This document shows positions 1 to 37,742 of a DNA stretch of 64,000 nucleotides, in pieces. How positions within the stretch are numbered: the first letter of the stretch is position 1; each line of letters starts with the position of its first letter. This DNA is from Malacoraja senta. Its lineage: Eukaryota. The translations under genes were made by a program, and so were the position numbers. The notes beneath the pieces are model-generated. The model worked only from the letters and a program-made list of their open reading frames with translations. It had not been told where the DNA came from and did not search any database. The stretch spans positions 3,102,001 through 3,166,000 of the forward strand of contig CM075996.1 of NCBI GenBank assembly GCA_038087875.1, in the 5' to 3' direction.

Positions 1-269
1 TCGGCCCTTCGAGCCAGCACCGCCATTCAATGTGATGTACGGGTTTGTAGGTTAATTGGCTTGGTATATATGTAAATTGTCCCTAGTGTGTGTCGGTTTG
101 TACTGGTGTGTGAGGGTCGCTGGTCGATGTGGACTCGGGGGGCCGGAGGGCCTGTTTCCGCGCTGTATCTCTAAGCTAAACTAAACTGTGGAAGTTAGAT
201 CGAGTATTCAGAGACATACTGAATTGAATCTCCACAAACTTCCGAGGAAGTAAAGACTTTACTTTACGA

Positions 270-640
270 TAGAACTTTATTCATCTCAGGAGGAACATTG
301 CTCTGCCAACAGTCATAAAACACAGCAAGATACATGAAACATGAAATTAAAGTGGCGAGTGGAAAGTCCAGGATTGGGATGTGCAAAGATTGGGGAGGAG
401 GGGGCGTGGGGGGAAGAGGGGAGTCAGTCTAACCCACGACAGAAGGGGGAGGAGTTGTACGGTTTGATAGCCACAGGGAAGAAGGATCTCCTGTGGCGTT
501 CTGTGCTGCATCTTGGTGGAACCAGTCTGTTGCTGAAGGTGCTCCTCAGGTTGACCAGTGGGTCACGGAGGGGGTGAGCTGTATTGTCCAGGATGCTCCG
601 CAGTTTGAGGAGCATCCTCCCGCTCCACGACCATCTCCAG
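270..640 (-). mobile_element. Rex1/Babar-type LINE 3' fragment (present in each array unit)
   Basis: ILDNTAHPL...FSNRLVPPRCSTERHRRSFFPVAIKxYNSS is a typical Rex-Babar ORF C-terminus. Confidence 0.75.
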
Positions 641-839
641 CGAATCCAACAAATGAGCTTTAATTGTGGTTGCATCCATGCGCTGGGTCCAGGATGGATC
701 ACCGGAACTGGGCTGCTTTTACATCTTTACCACCACGGGCCACAGGAGACATGCTAACATTTGTTACAAGGGCACGGGACATAGCCCAGTGGCATGGTGG
801 ACAACCTGAGTCAGGACAATAGATGGGTTAACATATTGA

Positions 840-1592
840 AACATAGAAACATAGAAAATAGGTGCAGGAGTAGGCCATTAAGCCCTTCGAGCCTGCACCG
901 CCATTCAATATGATCATGGCTGATCATCCAACTCAGTAGCCCGTACCTGCCTTCTCTCCATACCCCCTGATCCCTTTAGCCACAAGGGCCACATCTAACT
1001 CCCTCTTAAATATAGCCAATGAACTGGCCTCGACTACCCTCTGTGGCAGAGAGTTCCAGAGATTCACCACTCTCTGTGTGAAAAAAGTTCTTCTCATCTC
1101 AGTTTTAAAGGATTTCCCCCTTATCCTTAAGCTGTGACCCCTTGTCCTGGACTTCCCCAACATCGGGAGCAATCTTCCTGCATCTAGCCTGTCCAACCCC
1201 TTAAGAATGTTGTAAGTTTCTATAAGATCCCCTCTCAATCTCCTAAATTCTAGAGAGTATTAACCAAGTCTATCCAGTCTTTCTTCATAAGACAGTCCTG
1301 ACATCCCAGGAATCAGTCTGGTGAACCTTCTCTGCACTCCCTCTATGGCAATAATGTCCTTCCTCAGATTTGGAGACCTAAACTGTACGCAATACTCCAG
1401 GTGTGGTCTCACCAAGACCCTGTACAACTGCAGTAGAACCTCCCTCCTCCTATACTCAAATCCTTTTGCTATGAAAGCTAACATACCATTCGCTTTCTTC
1501 ACTGCCTGCTGCACCTCCATGCCTACTTTCAATGACTGGTGTACCATGACACCCAGGTCTCGCTGCATCTCCCCTTTTCCTAGTCGGCTACC
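840..1592 (-). mobile_element. CR1 LINE 3' fragment (present in each array unit)
   Basis: RDLGV...LYRVLVRPHLEYCVQF...RGDLIETY...TRGHSL...[14 protein letters not shown], with a (TTTCTATG)n tail. Confidence 0.92.
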
Positions 1593-1612
1593 ATTTCCTA
1601 GTCGGCCACCAT

Positions 1613-2026
1613 ATGACGGCACTGCGCCTGTACTCGCTGGAGTGGAGAAGGATGAGGGGGGGCCTCATAGAAACTTACCGAATAGTGAAAGGCCTGGATA
1701 GAGTGGATGTGGAGAGGATGTTTCCACTAGTGGGGGAGTCTAGGACTAGAGGGCACAGCCTCAGAATTAAAGGACGTTCCTGTAGGAAGGTGATGAGGAG
1801 GAATTTCTTTAGCCAGAAGGTGGTGAATCTGTGGAATTCTTTGCCACAGAAGGTGTGGAGGCCAAGTCAATGGATATTTTTAAGGCGGAGATTGATAGAT
1901 TCTTGATTAGTACGGGTGTCAGGGGTTATGGGGAGAAGGCAGGATAATGGGGTTGAGAGGGAAAGATAGATCAGCCGGGATTGAATGGCGGTGTGGACTT
2001 GATGGGCCGAATGGCCTAATTCTGCT
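1613..2026 (+). mobile_element. CR1 LINE 3' fragment of a second subfamily, head-to-head with the previous one
   Basis: LYSLEWRRMRG.LIETY...TRGHSL...[14 protein letters not shown] plus CR1 3' UTR. Confidence 0.9.
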
Positions 2027-5000
2027 CCGATCAATGAAGATCTTATGTCATTATGAATGCCAGGGTGACGGAGGGAGGGGGTCGCCTGCGGGATTCCACT
2101 CTGGGGAGTGTTGTCGGAGTGTTAGCTGATGCGTTCATCCCCTCGAGTTCCAAATACACAGATGGCCCCCCAATGGGACCGAATGTCAGATGATAAATAC
2201 AACAAGCGTATTTAACACAGAGGGTGGCACAAACGTGGAATGAGCTGCCAGAGAAAGTGGCAGAGGCACTTACGGCATTTATAAATCAAAGTGCAATTAC
2301 AGCAATTAAATCAAACACCTTCATCAGTCAAGAATAGGCGGCCACGGAGACGCAGCGGTAGAGTTGCTGCCTTACAGCGCTTGCAGCACCGGAGACCCGG
2401 GTTCCATCCCGACTACGGGTGCTTGTCTGTACGGAGTTTGTACCTTCTCCCCGTGACCAGCGTGGGTTTTCTCTGAGATCTTCGGTTTCCTCCCACACTC
2501 CAAAGACAATAGACAATAGGTGTAGGAGTAGGCCATTCGGCCCTTCGAGCCAGCACCGCCATTCAATGTGATGTACGGGTTTGTAGGTTAATTGGCTTGG
2601 TATATATGTAAATTGTCCCTAGTGTGTGTCGGTTTGTACTGGTGTGTGAGGGTCGCTGGTCGATGTGGACTCGGGGGGCCGGAGGGCCCTGTTTCCGCGC
2701 TGTATCTCTAAGCTAAACTAAACTGTGGAAGTTAGATCGAGTATTCAGAGACATACTGAATTGAATCTCCACAAACTTCCGAGGAAGTAAAGACTTTACT
2801 TTACGATAGAACTTTATTCATCTCAGGAGGAACATTGCTCTGCCAACAGTCATAAAACACAGCAAGATACATGAAACATGAAATTAAAGTGGCGAGTGGA
2901 AAGTCCAGGATTGGGATGTGCAAAGATTGGGAGGAGGGGGGCGTGGGGGGAAGAGGGAGTCAGTCTAACCCACGACAGAAGGGGGAGGAGTTGTATGGTT
3001 TGATAGCCACAGGGAAGAAGGATCTCCTGTGGCGTTCTGTGCTGCATCTTGGTGGAACCAGTCTGTTGCTGAAGGTGCTCCTCAGGTTGACCAGTGGGTC
3101 ACGGAGGTGGTGAGCTGTATTGTCCAGGATGCTCCGCAGTTTGAGGAGCATCCTCCCCCTCCACGACCATCTCCAGCGAATCCAACAAATGAGCTTTAAT
3201 TGTGGTTGCATCCATGCGCTGGGTCCAGGATGGATCACCGGAACTGGGCTGCTTTTACATCTTTACCACCATGGGCCACAGGAGACATGCTAACATTTGT
3301 TACAAGGGCACGGGACATAGCCCAGTGGCATGGTGGACAACCTGAGTCAGGACAATAGATGGGTTAACATATAGAAACATAGAAACATAGAAAATAGGTG
3401 CAGGAGTAGGCCATTCAGCCCTTCGAGCCTGCACCGCCATTCAATATGATCATGGCTGATCATCCAACTCAGTAGCCCATACCTGCCTTCTCTCCATACC
3501 CCCTGATCCCTTTAGCCACAAGGGCCACATCTAACTCCCTCTTAAATACAGCCAATGAACTGGCCTCGAGTACCCTCTGTGGCAGAGAGTTCCAGAGATT
3601 CACCACTCTCTGTGTGAAAAAAGTTCTTCTCATCTCAGTTTTAAAGGATTTCCCCCTCATCCTTAAGCTGTGACCCCTTGTCCTGGACTTCCCCAACATC
3701 GGGAGCAATCTTCCTGCATCTGGCCTGTCCAACCCCTTAAGAATGTTGCAAGTTTCTATAAGATCCCCACTCAATCTCCTAAATTCTAGAGAGTATTAAC
3801 CAAGTCTATCCAGTCTTTCTTCATAAGACAGTCCTGACATCCCAGGAATCAGTCTGGTGAACCTTCTCTGCACTCCCTCTATGGTAATAATGTCCTTCCT
3901 CAGATTTGGAGACCAAAACTGTAGGCAATACTCCAGGTGTGGTCTCACCAAGACCCTGTACAACTGCAGTAGAACCTCCTGCTCCTATACTCAAATCCTT
4001 TGCTATGAAAGCTAACATACCATTCGCTTTCTTCACTGCCTGCTGCACCTCCATGCCTACTTTCAATGACTGGTGTAGCATGACACCCAGGTCTCGCTGC
4101 ATCTCCCCTTTTCCTAGTCGGCCACCATTTCCTAGTCGGCCACCATATGACGGCACTGGGCCTGTACTCGCTGGAGTGGAGAAGGATGAGGGGGTGCCTC
4201 ATAGAAACTTACCGAATAGTGAAAGGCCTGGATAGAGTGGATGCGGAGAGGATGTTTCCACTAGTGGGGGAGTCTAGGACTAGAGGGCACAGCCTCAGAA
4301 TTAAAGGACGTTCCTGTAGGAAGGTGATGAGGAGGAATTTCTTTAGCCAGAAGGTGGTGAACCTGTGGAATTCTTTGCCACAGAAGGTGTGGAGGCCAAG
4401 TCAATGGATATTTTTAAGGCGGAGATTGATAGATTCTTGATTAATACGGGTGTCATGGGTTATGGGGAGAAGGCAGGATAATGGGGTTGAGAGGGAAAGA
4501 TAGATCAGCCGGGATTGAATGGCGGTGTGGACTTGATGGGCCGAATGGCCTAATTCTGCTCCGATCAATGGAGATCTTATGTCATTATGAATGCCAGGGT
4601 GACGGAGGGAGGGGGTCGCCTGCGGGATTCCACTCTGGGGAGTGTTGTCGGAGTGTTAGCTGATGCGTTCATCCCCTCGAGTTCCAAATACACAGATGGC
4701 CCCCCAATGGGACCGAATGTCAGATGATAAATACGACAAGCGTATTTAACACAGAGGGTGGCACAAACATGGAATGAGCTGCCAGAGAAAGTGGCAGAGG
4801 CACTTACGGCATTTATAAATCAAAGTGCAATTACAGCAATTAAATGAAACACCTCCATCAGTCAAGACATAGGCAGCCACGGAGGCGCAGCGGTAGAGTT
4901 GCTGCCTTACAGCGCTTGCAGCGCCGGAGACCCGGGTTCCATCCCGACTACGGGTGCTTGTCTGTACGGAGTTTGTACCTTCTCCCCGTGACCAGCGTGG

Positions 5001-8000
5001 GTTTTCTCTGAGATCTTCGGTTTCCTCCCACACTCCAAAGACAATAGACAATAGGTGTAGGAGTAGGCCATTCGGCCCTTCGAGCCAGCACCGCCATTCA
5101 ATGTGATGTACGGGTTTGTAGGTTAATTGGCTTGGTATATATGTAAATTGTCCCTAGTGTGTGTCGGTTTGTACTGGTGTGTGAGGGTCGCTGGTCGATG
5201 CGGACTCGGGGGGCCGGAGGGCCTGTTTCCGCGCTGTATCTCTAAGCTAAACTAAACTGTGGAAGTTAGATCGAGTATTCAGAGACATACTGAATTGAAT
5301 CTCCACAAACTTCCGAGGAAGTAAAGACTTTACTTTACGATAGAACGTTATTTATCTCAGGAGGAACATTGCTCTGCAACAGTCATAAAACACAGCAAGA
5401 TACATGAAACATGAAATTAAAGTGGCGAGTGGAAAGTCAGGATTGGGATGTGCAAAGATTGGGGAGGAGGGGGGGTGGGGGGAAGAGGGGAGTCAGTCTA
5501 ACCCACGACAGAAGGGGGAGGAGTTGTACGGTTTGATAGCCACAGGGAAGAAGGATCTCCTGTGGCGTTCTGTGCTGCATCTTGGTGGAACCAGTCTGTT
5601 GCGAAGGTGCTCCTCAGGTTGACCAGTGGGTCACGGAGGTGGTGAGCTGTATTGTCCAGGATGCTCCGCAGTTTGAGGAGCATCCTCCCGCTCCACGACC
5701 ATCTCCAGCGAATCCAACAAATGAGCTTTAATTGTGGTTGCATCCATGCGCTGGGTCCAGGATGGATCACCGGAACTGGCTGCTTTTACATCTTTACCAC
5801 CACGGGCCACAGAGACATGCTAACATTTGTTACAAGGGCACGGGACATAGCCCAGTGGCATGGTGGACAACCTGAGTCAGGACAATAGATGGGTTAACAT
5901 ATAGAAACATAGAAACATAGAAAATAGGTGCAGGAGTAGGCCATTCAGCCCTTCGAGCCTGCACCGCCATTCAATATGATCATGGCTGATCATCCAACTC
6001 AGTAGCCCATACCTGCCTTCTCTCCATACCCCCTGATCCCTTTAGCCACAAGGGCCACATCTAACTCCCTCTTAAATACAGCCAATGAACTGGCCTTCGA
6101 GTACCCTCTGTGGCAGAGAGTTCCAGAGATTCACCACTCTCTGTGTGAAAAAAGTTCTTCTCATCTCAGTTTTAAAGGATTTCCCCCTCATCCTTAAGCT
6201 GTGACCCCTTGTCCTGGACTTCCCCAACATCGGGAGCAATCTTCCTGCATCTGGCCTGTCCAACCCCTTAAGAATGTTGCAAGTTTCTATAAGATCCCCA
6301 CTCAATCTCCTAAATTCTAGAGAGTATTAACCAAGTCTATCCAGTCTTTCTTCATAAGACAGTCCTGACATCCCAGGAATCAGTCTGGTGAACCTTCTCT
6401 GCACTCCCCTCTATGGTAATAATGTCCTTCCTCAGATTTGGAGACCAAAACTGTAGGCAATACTCCAGGTGTGGTCTCACCAAGACCCTGTACAACTGCA
6501 GTAGAACCTCCCTGCTCCTATACTCAAATCCTTTTGCTATGAAAGCTAACATACCATTCGCTTTCTTCACTGCCTGCTGCACCTCCATGCCTACTTTCAA
6601 TGACTGGTGTAGCATGACACCCAGGTCTCGCTGCATCTCCCCTTTTCCTAGTCGGCCACCATTTCCTAGTCGGCCACCATATGACGGCACTGGGCCTGTA
6701 CTCGCTGGAGTGGAGAAGGATGAGGGGTGCCTCATAGAAACTTACCGAATAGTGAAAGGCCTGGATAGAGTGGATGCGGAGAGGATGTTTCCACTAGTGG
6801 GGGAGTCTAGGACTAGAGGGCACAGCCTCAGAATTAAAGGACGTTCCTGTAGGAAGGTGATGAGGAGGAATTTCCTTAGCCAGAAGGTGGTGAACCTGTG
6901 GAATTCTTTGCCACAGAAGGTGTGGAGGCCAAGTCAATGGATATTTTTAAGGCGGAGATTGATAGATTCTTGATTAATACGGGTGTCATGGGTTATGGGG
7001 AGAAGGCAGGATAATGGGGTTGAGAGGGAAAGATAGATCAGCCGGGATTGAATGGCGGTGTGGACTTGATGGGCCGAATGGCCTAATTCTGCTCCGATCA
7101 ATGGAGATCTTATGTCATTATGAATGCCAGGGTGACGGAGGGAGGGGGTCGCCTGCGGGATTCCACTCTGGGGAGTGTTGTCGAGTGTTAGCTGATGCGT
7201 TCATCCCCCTCGAGTTCCAAAATACACAGATGGCCCCCCAATGGGACCGAATGTCAGATGATAAATACGACAAGCGTATTTAACACAGAGGGTGGCACAA
7301 ACATGGAATGAGCTGCCAGAGAAAGTGGCAGAGGCACTTACGGCATTTATAAATCAAAGTGCAATTACAGCAATTAAATGAAACACCTCCATCAGTCAAG
7401 AATAGGCGGCCACGGAGGCGCAGCGGTAGAGTTGCTGCCTTACAGCGCTTGCAGCGCCGGAGACCCGGGTTCCATCCCGACTACGGGTGCTTGTCTGTAC
7501 GGAGTTTGTACCTTCTCCCCGTGACCAGCGTGGTTTTCTCTGAGATCTTCGGTTTTCCTCCCACATCCAAAGACAATAGACAATAGGTGTAGGAGTAGGC
7601 CATTCGGCCCCTTCGAGCCAGCACCGCCATTCAATGTGATGTACGGGTTTGTAGGTTAATTGGCTTGGTATATATGTAAATTGTCCCTAGTGTGTGTCGG
7701 TTTGTACTGGTGTGTGAGGGGTCGCTGGTCGATGCGGACTCGGGGGGCCGGAGGGCCTGTTTCCGCTCTGTACTCTAAGCTAAACTAAACTGTGGAAGTT
7801 AGATCGAGTATTCAGAGACATACTGAATTGAATCTCCACAAACTTCCGAGGAAGTAAAGACTTTACTTTACTGATAGAAACTTTATTTATCTCAGGAGGA
7901 ACATTGCTCTGCCAACAGTCATAAAACACAGCAAGATACATGAAACATGAAATTAAAGTGGCGAGTGGAAAGTCCAGGATTGGGATGTGCAAAGATTGGG

Positions 8001-10336
8001 GAGGAGGGGGGGGTGGGGGGAAGAGGGGAGTCAGTCTAACCCACGACAGAAGGGGGAGGAGTTGTACGGTTTGATAGCCACAGGGAAGAAGGATCTCCTG
8101 TGGCGTTCTGTGCTGCATCTTGGTGGAACCAGTCTGTTTGCTGAAGGTGCTCCTCAGGTTGACCAGTGGGTCACGGAGGTGGTGAGCTGTATTGTCCAGG
8201 ATGCTCCGCAGTTTGAGGAGCATCCTCCCCCTCCACGACCATCTCCAGCGAATCCAACAAATGAGCTTTAATTGTGGTTGCATCCATGCGCTGGGTCCAG
8301 GATGGATCACCGGAACTGGGCTGCTTTTACATCTTTACCACCACGGGCCACAGGAGACATGCTAACATTTGTTACAAGGGTACGGGACATAGCCCAGTGG
8401 CATGGTGGACAACCTGAGTCAGGACAATAGATGGGTTAACATATAGAAACATAGAAACATAGAAACATAGAAAATAGGTGCAGGAGTAGGCCATTCAGCC
8501 CTTCGAGCCTGCACCGCCATTCAATATGATCATGGCTGATCATCCAACTCAGTAGCCATACCTGCCTTCTCTCCATACCCTCTGATCCCTTTAGCCACAA
8601 GGGCCACATCTAACTCCCTCTTAAATACAGCCAATGAACTGGCCTCGACTACCCTCTGTGGCAGAGAGTTCCAAAGATTCACCACTCTCTGTGTGAAAAA
8701 AGTTCTTCTCATCTCAGTTTTAAAGGATTTCTCCCTTATCCTTAAGCTGTGACCCCTTGTCCTGGACTTCCCCAACAGCGGGAGCAATCTTCCTGCATCT
8801 AGCCTGTCCAACCCCTTAAGAATTTTGTAAGTTTCTATAAGATCCCCTCTCAATCTCCTAAATTCTAGAGAGTATAAACCAAGTCTATCCAGTCTTTCTT
8901 CATAAGACAGTCCTGACATCCCAGGAATCAGTCTGGTGACCTTCTCTGCACTCCCTCTGTGGCAATAATGTCCTTCCTCAGATTTGGAGACCAAAAGTGT
9001 ACGCAATACTCCAGGTGTGGTCTCACCAAGACCCTGTACAACTGCAGTAGAACCTCCCTGCTCCTATACTCAAATCCTTTTGCTATGAAAGCTAACATAC
9101 CATTCGCTTTCTTCACTGCCCTGCTGCACCTCCATGCCTACTTTCAATGACTGGTGTACCATGACACCCAGGTCTCGCTGCATCTCCCCTTTTCCTAGTC
9201 GGCCACCATTTCCTAGTCGGCCACCATATGACGGCACTGGGGCCTGTACTCGCTGGAGTGGAGAAGGATGAGGGGGTGCCTCATAGCAACTTACCGAATA
9301 GTGAAAGGCCTGGATAGAGTGGATGTGGAGAGGATGTTTCCACTAGTGGAGGAGTCTAGGACTAGAGGGCACAGCCTCAGAATTAAAGGACGTTCCTGTA
9401 GGAAGGTGATGAGGAGGAATTTCTTTAGCCAGAAGGTGGTGAAACTGTGGAATTCTTTGCCACAGAAGGTGTGGAGGCCAAGTCAATGGATATTTTTAAG
9501 GCGGAGATTGATAGATTCTTGATTAATACGGGTGTCATGGGTTATGGGGAGAAGGCAGGAGAATGGGGTTGAGAGGGAAAGATAGATCAGCCGGGATTGA
9601 ATGGCGGTGTGGACTTGATGGGCCGAATGGCCTAATTCTGCTGCTGCTACAACTTATGACCCAGCCCAGTGAAGGCCTAACCAAAGCTCTCTCATCTCCT
9701 TCTCAGCTGGCAAACAGGACAGCTCTAAGGTCGGGGTCCATTATTTGGGAAGCTTGCACATACAGAACGAGGACTTCATTGGCGAATATCAACACAAAGG
9801 GTCTCAGGAGTTCAAAATGAAAGCTAATGACATAAATGATAAGGTGAGCATGCAGCAACACTTCCTGATGGACGGGGATTGTGGTCACCAGGAAAAGGCA
9901 GGAGAATGGGGTTGGAAAAATAGATCAGCCATGGCAGAGCAGACTCAATGGTCTGAATGTCCCGCATCTGCTCCTATGTCTGCTGGGCATATGGACCGTT
10001 CAACTTATCTACAGTGCTGGGCAGACTCGGTGGGCCGAAGGGCCTGTTTCCGTACTGCATCTCAAAAGTCCTCACCAAACTTTCATCTCTGCCTACCAAT
10101 TATTGGCCCTTGCTATGGACCCAGGCAATGATAAAAAAAAAACTGGTTAGATTGGATTCTTGAAGAGTGCGGGTGTCAGGGGTCATGAGGGAGAAGGCAG
10201 GAGAACGGGGTTTAGAGGGAATGATAAATCAGCCATGATTGAATGGCGGAGTAGACTTGATGGGCCGAATGGCATAATTCTGCTCCTATACCTTATGAAC
10301 CTGAACTAAATTGATGCAAATGTTTTCTTTCTTCAG

Positions 10337-35752
<25,416 letters not shown>

Positions 35753-35829
35753 CCGAAGAGATTCCTTCATGCACATTCGGCTCGGCACACGGGACCACTT
35801 TGAGTTTGAAGGCACCACGAGGCTGGGCA

Positions 35830-36345
35830 CCTTTTGATGATATCAGCATAAGAAGGTCAATGCTCAACACCTTTTGATGATGTCAGTATGAGAACATCAA
35901 CATCTTTGATGATGTCAGCATTGGAAGGTCAACGATCATCACCTTATGCTGATGTCAGCACTAGACCCTCAACGCCTTCTGATGATGTCAGCAGAAGGTC
36001 AACACCTTTTGCTGATGTCAGCACTGGACCCTCAACGCCTTCTGATGATGTCAGCAGAAGGTCAACACCTTTTGCTGATGTCAGCACTGGACCCTCAACA
36101 CCTTCTGATGATGTCAGCAGAAGGTCAACACCTTTTGCTGATGTCAGCACTGGACGCTCAACACCTTCTGATGATGTCAGCAGAAGGTCAACGCCTTTTT
36201 GCTGATGTCAGCACTGGACGCTCAATGCCTTCTGATGATGTCAGCAGAAGGTCAACACATTTTTGCTGATGTAAGCACTGGACGCTCAACGCCTTCTGAT
36301 GATGTCAGCAGAAGGTCAACACCTTTTGCTGATGTCAGCACGGGA
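35830..36345. repeat. Minisatellite with 63-bp unit (33+30 bp subunits) in the TMPRSS6 3' UTR
   Basis: aacaccttttgctgatgtcagcactggac.ctcaac.ccttctgatgatgtcagcagaaggtc recurs at 36001, 36064, 36127 and onward. Confidence 0.96.
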
Positions 36346-37079
36346 TGGTCATCGCGCCCTTTGTAAATAAGCTATGAAGCCAATGAGTCCACGTGGTCGG
36401 CCCGTCCATTCTGAGGGGTCACCGGTGATGTGGCGGGGAGTTGGGACAGCTTTAAACTAATTTATCCATCTATATTTTTGAGAACCATGATTTTGGGGCA
36501 TCGACCACTGTCAGGGTAGCAAGTTATACATCCAACCCTGGACCCCATCCCACCAGAACCTAGGGCCTTGGATATTGTCTGCATGATGTGTAAACAGACA
36601 CACTACAGAGGGAGGGAAAGTCAGGGTGGACCTATATCCCAAGGGTCAGCTCCCCCTGCTTGGTTTTATCCAGCACTGACCACACCACACTGCCTACCAA
36701 AATTCAACTGCCATCGATGTAGTACTTTGCTGATTGGGCCCCACCCTCAATAAGCTTGGGACGGAACTCAATGTTTCCTGGCCCTCTCCCCGGGAAAGTT
36801 CGACTTTCAAACAGAAGTCTCTCCCTTTGTTCTGGAATCCACAACCAGGGGGGAACACCTCAATTAGATCGTGCCTTAACCCATCTGAACTCCAGAGCCG
36901 AGTGTAGAAGATATTTCACGCGGAGTCCGGGGCAATGTGTCTTCTGTTCTCTGTATGAATCATTTCGTACTAAGTTACTAAGACACAGCGTAATACTGCA
37001 GATGAGGGAGACCGTAGGAGACAGTAGACGTGGATATTTCCGGAACTAAAGCACAATTGAAAAATTTGACGATAGTATA

Positions 37080-37085
37080 AATAAA
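37080..37085 (+). terminator. Candidate poly(A) signal of TMPRSS6
   Basis: AATAAA followed by a GT/T-rich tract (gttggtttttttgg...tttcatttttt) at the end of a ~1.3-kb TE-free stretch after the stop codon. Confidence 0.5.
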
Positions 37086-37429
37086 TGATCAAAATAAGTT
37101 GGTTTTTTTGGCTGAGTCATTTCATTTTTTTGCATCCACTGTTCAAGGCCGTTAGGATAAACTGCATTGTGAGGGGCCAGATGATCCACCCTGGCACCAC
37201 TCCATGCCTTTCATGTTGGGAGGCAAGAGATGGGCATCTCTACCATCCTGTAGCACTGTGCTGCCTCCTCGCAGGTGGGTTTAAGTTGACCCCTCTCTAT
37301 AATCGAGGCCCACCCGCCAGTGTGTGAGGTGCAGTCTTGGGTCACGTCCAGCCTCTCAGGCAAGGCCACTGTGTACACATCATCTCTGGAGAAAAGGAAT
37401 AGGTGACGTTTCGGGTCGCCGAGACGTCG

Positions 37430-37742
37430 AGGGGAAGTCCAGAACAAGGGGTCACAGTTTAAGGATAAGGGGGAAGTCTTTTAGGACCGAGATGAGAAAA
37501 ACATTTTTCACACAGAGAGTGGTGAATCTGCGGAATTCTCTGCCACAGAAGGTAGTTGAGGCCAGTTCATTGGCTATATTTAAGAGGGAGTTAGATGTGG
37601 CCCTTGTGGCTAAAGGGATCAGGGGGTATGGAGAGAAGGCAGGTACAGGATACTGAGTTGGATGATCAGCCATGATCATATTGAATGGCGGTGCAGGCTC
37701 GAAGGGCCGAATGGCCTACTCCTGCACCTATTTTCTATGTTT
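37430..37742 (+). mobile_element. CR1 LINE 3' fragment
   Basis: [23 protein letters not shown]...GTGY* plus 3' UTR. Confidence 0.9.

Larger units (their letters stand above)
1..9641. repeat. Tandem macro-repeat, unit ~2.53 kb, at least 3.8 copies, running off the window start
   Basis: The unit junction ctaattctgctc|cgatcaatg recurs at ~2026, 4561 and 7094, and the array ends at ~9641. ORF patterns repeat with the same period. Confidence 0.97.

Noticed and set aside
841..9522. Many 60-190 aa ORFs with RGDLIETY / TRGHSL / WNSLP motifs
   Set aside because: These are 5'-truncated CR1 ORF2 C-termini. No full-length RT or endonuclease is present, so there is no autonomous element.
35888..36269. 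Repetitive ORFs in several frames, and a superficially CRISPR-like repeat pattern
   Set aside because: The 63-bp unit is a multiple of 3, so frames stay open by chance. The intervening sequences are themselves repeats rather than unique spacers, there are no cas genes, and the context is eukaryotic.
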